From contig JAJDCA010000014.1 of the NCBI GenBank assembly GCA_029261055.1, positions 207,984-271,983 of the forward strand: DNA of 64,000 nucleotides, given 5' to 3'. The stretch's first letter is position 1; every line of letters starts with the position of its first letter. Below the pieces are notes generated by a model, which did no database searches, was not told the DNA's origin, and worked only from the letters and a program-made list of their open reading frames with translations. This document shows positions 61,014 to 64,000 of this stretch, one piece after another. The position numbers were made by a program, and so were the translations under genes. This DNA is from Candidatus Omnitrophota bacterium (GTDB lineage: Bacteria > Omnitrophota > Gorgyraeia > Zapsychrales > Zapsychraceae).

Positions 61014-63344
61014 ATGATTAAATATTATTTACATAAGAAAATTCCTTTTTTTGCTGTTGTCATAATCCTTATGTGTTTTGGGCTTATCGGTTGCGAAAAA
61101 AGATCAAAAGAATCTATCCCCTCTGCGCAACAATCTCAATCCAAACCTATCCAAATAGCGACGCCGGCTGTTGAAATTCCTGTGGTGAAAAATCTGAATG
61201 TTATGGTACAGACGTATATAGAAGAAAGTCCTCTGTGTAGTGATCATGATTTATTGGATCTTGATCAGTGTTCATCTTGTGGGCAATCGTCTGGTACAGA
61301 ATGTGTTTTATCTAAGCAGTTGGCTGGAGGAGTACCGTGTTATAGCTGTGTTGAAAAAGACGAGGAATGTGCTGATAGCGGAAAAATGGATTGGCGGGAT
61401 TGCTCTTTGTGTACAGAAATTCCAGGGGCTCGATGTGTTCCCACACAAAAAGTTATGCGAGGACGGACTTGTTATAAATGTGTTCAAAGAAAACAAGAAT
61501 GTTTTCGGCTTAAATTATTAACTGAATCGGAATGTGATCCGTGTAGTAATCACCAGGCTTTGGAATGTATTCCAGCCCAGAAGACGATAGATGGCGAACA
61601 ATGTTATCAATGTATTGATAAACCTGGCAGTTGTGAAGACGTTGGGTATCTAACGAGGCAAGATTGTCGGTTATGCGAAAAAGATGAATCTAAAGAATGT
61701 GAGAAAGCCTTTAAAACTAAAAAAGGTAAGAGGTGTTATCAGTGCGTCGATAAGCCACAAAAGTGCAAGGATTTGGGGCAGATGAATTTAAGGCCATGTA
61801 ATCGCTGCGCGCAAAATCCTGATAAAGAATGTTTGCCCGGTCAGAAAACTAAAACAGGGCTGCAATGTTATCAATGCTTAGATTTTCCTCAAACATGTGA
61901 AGCGCTTGGGCTGTTGGGTTTTGAAGGTTGCAGCAATTGTTCCAAAACGCCGGATAAACAGTGTCAAAAAGCCGCACAAACCAAAGAAGGTTTGCAATGC
62001 TTTACTTGTGTCGACGCACCTCAAACATGTGCACAGTTGGATCTTTTAGATGCAAAGAGTTGTGTAAATTGTGATAAGGATCCAAAGAAAGAATGTATAA
62101 AGGATCAAAAGACAAAAGAAGGAAAGCAGTGCTTTAGATGCCAAGACAAGCCACAGGAATGTGGTGATTTGGGATTAATCGATGAAGCAGCTTGCGGTGA
62201 TTGCACGTCGGATCCGAAGAAAGAATGTATGGCGGGTGAAATAACGAAAGAAGGTAAACAGTGTTATGCGTGTCAGGATAAACCACAGGAATGTGGTGAG
62301 TTGGGATTAATCAATGAAGCAGCTTGCGGTGATTGCACGTCGGATCCTAAAAAAGAATGTGTAGCTGGTGAAACAACAAAAGAAAGTAAGCAGTGTTATG
62401 TTTGCCAGGACAAACCTCAGGAATGTGGTGAGTTGGGATTAATCGATGAAGCAGCTTGCGATGATTGCACGTCGGATCCGAAGAAAGAATGTGTGGCTGG
62501 GGAAAAGACAAGAGAAGGAAAGCTGTGTTATGCATGTCAGGACAAACCTCAGGAATGTGGTGAGTTGGGATTAATAGATGAGGCAGCTTGTGGAGAATGC
62601 ACGTCGGATCCTAAAAAAGAATGTGTAGCTGGTGAAACAACAAAAGAAAGTAAGCAGTGTTATGTTTGCCAGGACAAACCTCAGGAATGTGGTGATTTGG
62701 GATTAATCGATGAAGCAGCTTGCGGTGATTGCAGGGCGGATCCGAAGAAGGAATGTGTGGCGGGTGAAAAAACAAAAGAAGGTAAACAATGTTATGTCTG
62801 TGCTGCGCGAAAACAAAAATGTGTTGATTTAAATTTAATCAACGAAGGGACGTGTTCATCTTGCGAAGCTGATGGTAAGCGGGAATGCATTGCGGATAGA
62901 GAAACAGAAGAAGGCGATCAGTGTTACCAATGTGTTGATAAACCGGAAGAATGTCAAGATTTAGATCTTATCAATAAAAGTGATTGTTCGTCATGTGAAC
63001 AAGATGCACAAGCTTATTGCAAACAAGCTTCCAAAACCAAAGAAGGTAAACAGTGTTATTTCTGTCAACCCAAAACACAGGCATGCACGTCGTTGGGATT
63101 GTTAAATTCTCTCGACTGTGAATCAAAATGTACAAATTGTGTGGAAGCTCAAAAAGCTGACAATGGCGAACAATGTTTTCGATGCGACATGCCGCAAGGG
63201 CATGCCAAATGTTTAGAAGAAGATTATTACCGTGATTGTTCCGCGTGCCAAGAAAATGAAATCTGCGAAGCCATGACACTTATTCAATTTTATGCTGCCC
63301 AGCGTAAAGAAATGCTGACCTGCTACACCTGCTCACCGAGATGA
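61014..63344 (+). CDS. Cysteine-rich tandem-repeat lipoprotein (14 regular + 2 degenerate 44-aa six-Cys repeats)
   Basis: Lipobox LIG-C; repeat pattern C-x10-CxxC-x7-C-x11-CxxC-x6. Confidence 0.85.
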   Translation: MIKYYLHKKIPFFAVVIILMCFGLIGCEKRSKESIPSAQQSQSKPIQIATPAVEIPVVKNLNVMVQTYIEESPLCSDHDLLDLDQCSSCGQSSGTECVLSKQLAGGVPCYSCVEKDEECADSGKMDWRDCSLCTEIPGARCVPTQKVMRGRTCYKCVQRKQECFRLKLLTESECDPCSNHQALECIPAQKTIDGEQCYQCIDKPGSCEDVGYLTRQDCRLCEKDESKECEKAFKTKKGKRCYQCVDKPQKCKDLGQMNLRPCNRCAQNPDKECLPGQKTKTGLQCYQCLDFPQTCEALGLLGFEGCSNCSKTPDKQCQKAAQTKEGLQCFTCVDAPQTCAQLDLLDAKSCVNCDKDPKKECIKDQKTKEGKQCFRCQDKPQECGDLGLIDEAACGDCTSDPKKECMAGEITKEGKQCYACQDKPQECGELGLINEAACGDCTSDPKKECVAGETTKESKQCYVCQDKPQECGELGLIDEAACDDCTSDPKKECVAGEKTREGKLCYACQDKPQECGELGLIDEAACGECTSDPKKECVAGETTKESKQCYVCQDKPQECGDLGLIDEAACGDCRADPKKECVAGEKTKEGKQCYVCAARKQKCVDLNLINEGTCSSCEADGKRECIADRETEEGDQCYQCVDKPEECQDLDLINKSDCSSCEQDAQAYCKQASKTKEGKQCYFCQPKTQACTSLGLLNSLDCESKCTNCVEAQKADNGEQCFRCDMPQGHAKCLEEDYYRDCSACQENEICEAMTLIQFYAAQRKEMLTCYTCSPR
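62151..62810 (+). repeat. Five near-identical 132-bp tandem repeats in the Cys-rich gene
   Basis: Units start at 62151, 62283, 62415, 62547 and 62679 (ccw caggaatgtggtga...). Confidence 0.92.
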
Positions 63345-63504
63345 AAACAACCATTCTGATGAAATGTATATGACAGAGAAAGACGGGGTAGAATTCTTGG
63401 CCATGCAAATATATTATACGCGTACTTGAAAATTACTGGATTGGAATAATTTTTACGGCATCAGCAAGAAAACTTTTTTACCACGATGGACTGTAGGCTG
63501 GAAT

Positions 63505-63533
63505 TTGACAAAATAAAAAAAGCATGTTATTTT
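63505..63533 (+). promoter_or_regulatory. Putative sigma70 promoter overlapped by an inverted repeat
   Basis: TTGACA-17 nt-TATTTT with a TG extension; aaaaaaagcat...atgcttttttt dyad spans the -10. Confidence 0.45.
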
Positions 63534-63680
63534 AACGAATGCTTTTTTTCTTTTCTTTTCATTATCCTAAGCATTCATTCCCACATTTTTTCTCTAACTC
63601 TCATTGCTCCAACAACATTCATTTCTTTTTAAAAATCAACGGAATAATAAATTTTTTCTAGCAAAAAAGGAACCCGCTCT

Positions 63681-64000
63681 ATGCAAATAACAAAAAATTC
63701 ACTCTGGCGAAATTTATGTATTAAACCATTGTTAGGCATTTTTATTTTTATGCTGACGTTAGGTAACCCGCAAATGGTACCGGAACTCTGGGCCCAAAGT
63801 GCATCGACAGTCATTGATGTGCGTATTTCTGAATCTCTCGGAGATGCCGAAGAGAAATCGACAGATGGCCGAATGTATTTAACCAGCTCTGTCCTTGAAC
63901 TAACAAAATATTATTCCTATGGTGATCTAACCGTTGGGTTGCGTTATCCAGGATTAAACATTCCGCAAGGGGCGCAAATCACCGATGCGTATGTTCAGTT
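63681..64000 (+). CDS. 5' end of a secreted surface protein, truncated by the window edge
   Basis: MQITKNSLWRNLCIKPLLGIFIFMLTLG...WA-Q signal peptide, then DAEE...LEL...VGLRY..LNIPQGAQITDAYVQ, a beta-rich motif seen in PilY1-like and large extracellular proteins; frame stays open to the edge. Confidence 0.7.
   Translation, partial: MQITKNSLWRNLCIKPLLGIFIFMLTLGNPQMVPELWAQSASTVIDVRISESLGDAEEKSTDGRMYLTSSVLELTKYYSYGDLTVGLRYPGLNIPQGAQITDAYVQ

Noticed and set aside
62151-62810. CRISPR-like periodicity
   Set aside because: The 132-bp units are in-frame coding repeats with no unique spacers, and there are no cas genes.
61014-63344. Multiheme cytochrome or polyferredoxin reading of the CxxC-rich protein
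   Set aside because: No CxxCH and no CxxCxxCxxxC motifs.
63385-63450. ILGHANI peptide resembling a tyrosine recombinase C-terminal box
   Set aside because: Only 7 residues, with no supporting ORF or correctly spaced Tyr; likely chance.
63629-63814. 61-aa minus-strand ORF
   Set aside because: Antisense to the better supported secreted-protein ORF starting at 63681.

Overview
AT-rich bacterial chromosome segment (genetic code 11; TGA is a stop), most likely PVC superphylum, probably Candidatus Omnitrophota. That placement is inferred from the PVC 'small basic protein' at 56478 and a TYYPxPYG-type secreted fibre protein. About 57 kb (2181-59473) is co-oriented on the + strand. It holds rpsA, tyrS, tRNA-Thr/rpmG/tRNA-Trp, secE-nusG-rplKAJL-rpoBC running straight into the str, S10, spc and alpha clusters (rpmD and infA missing from their usual slots), then aspC, pilT, a lipB/lipoyl/glycolipid cluster, aroQ-pepP-efp-accBC-asp23-amaP, pfk, heptose and thiamine genes, tRNA-Gly, a LysM/M23 lipoprotein, a STAND-like ATPase with nucleotide hydrolases, and envelope genes. 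Both ends carry cell-surface genes: a c-di-GMP-I riboswitch with terminator before a fibre/adhesin-like gene, an ExeA/GspB-like pair, a lipoprotein with about 16 six-cysteine 44-aa repeats, and the start of a secreted protein. The most unusual signals are a tRNA-Gly gene that appears to encode, in frame, the signal peptide of the downstream lipoprotein; a bL17 tail ending in a MinD-like amphipathic helix; a degenerate HD-GYP; a Pfk with a decayed phosphoryl-donor site; a site-2 protease with no canonical start codon; and a 59-nt rpoC/rpsL overlap. No rRNA, CRISPR array or intact mobile element was seen. All calls come from reading motifs by eye, without database searches.
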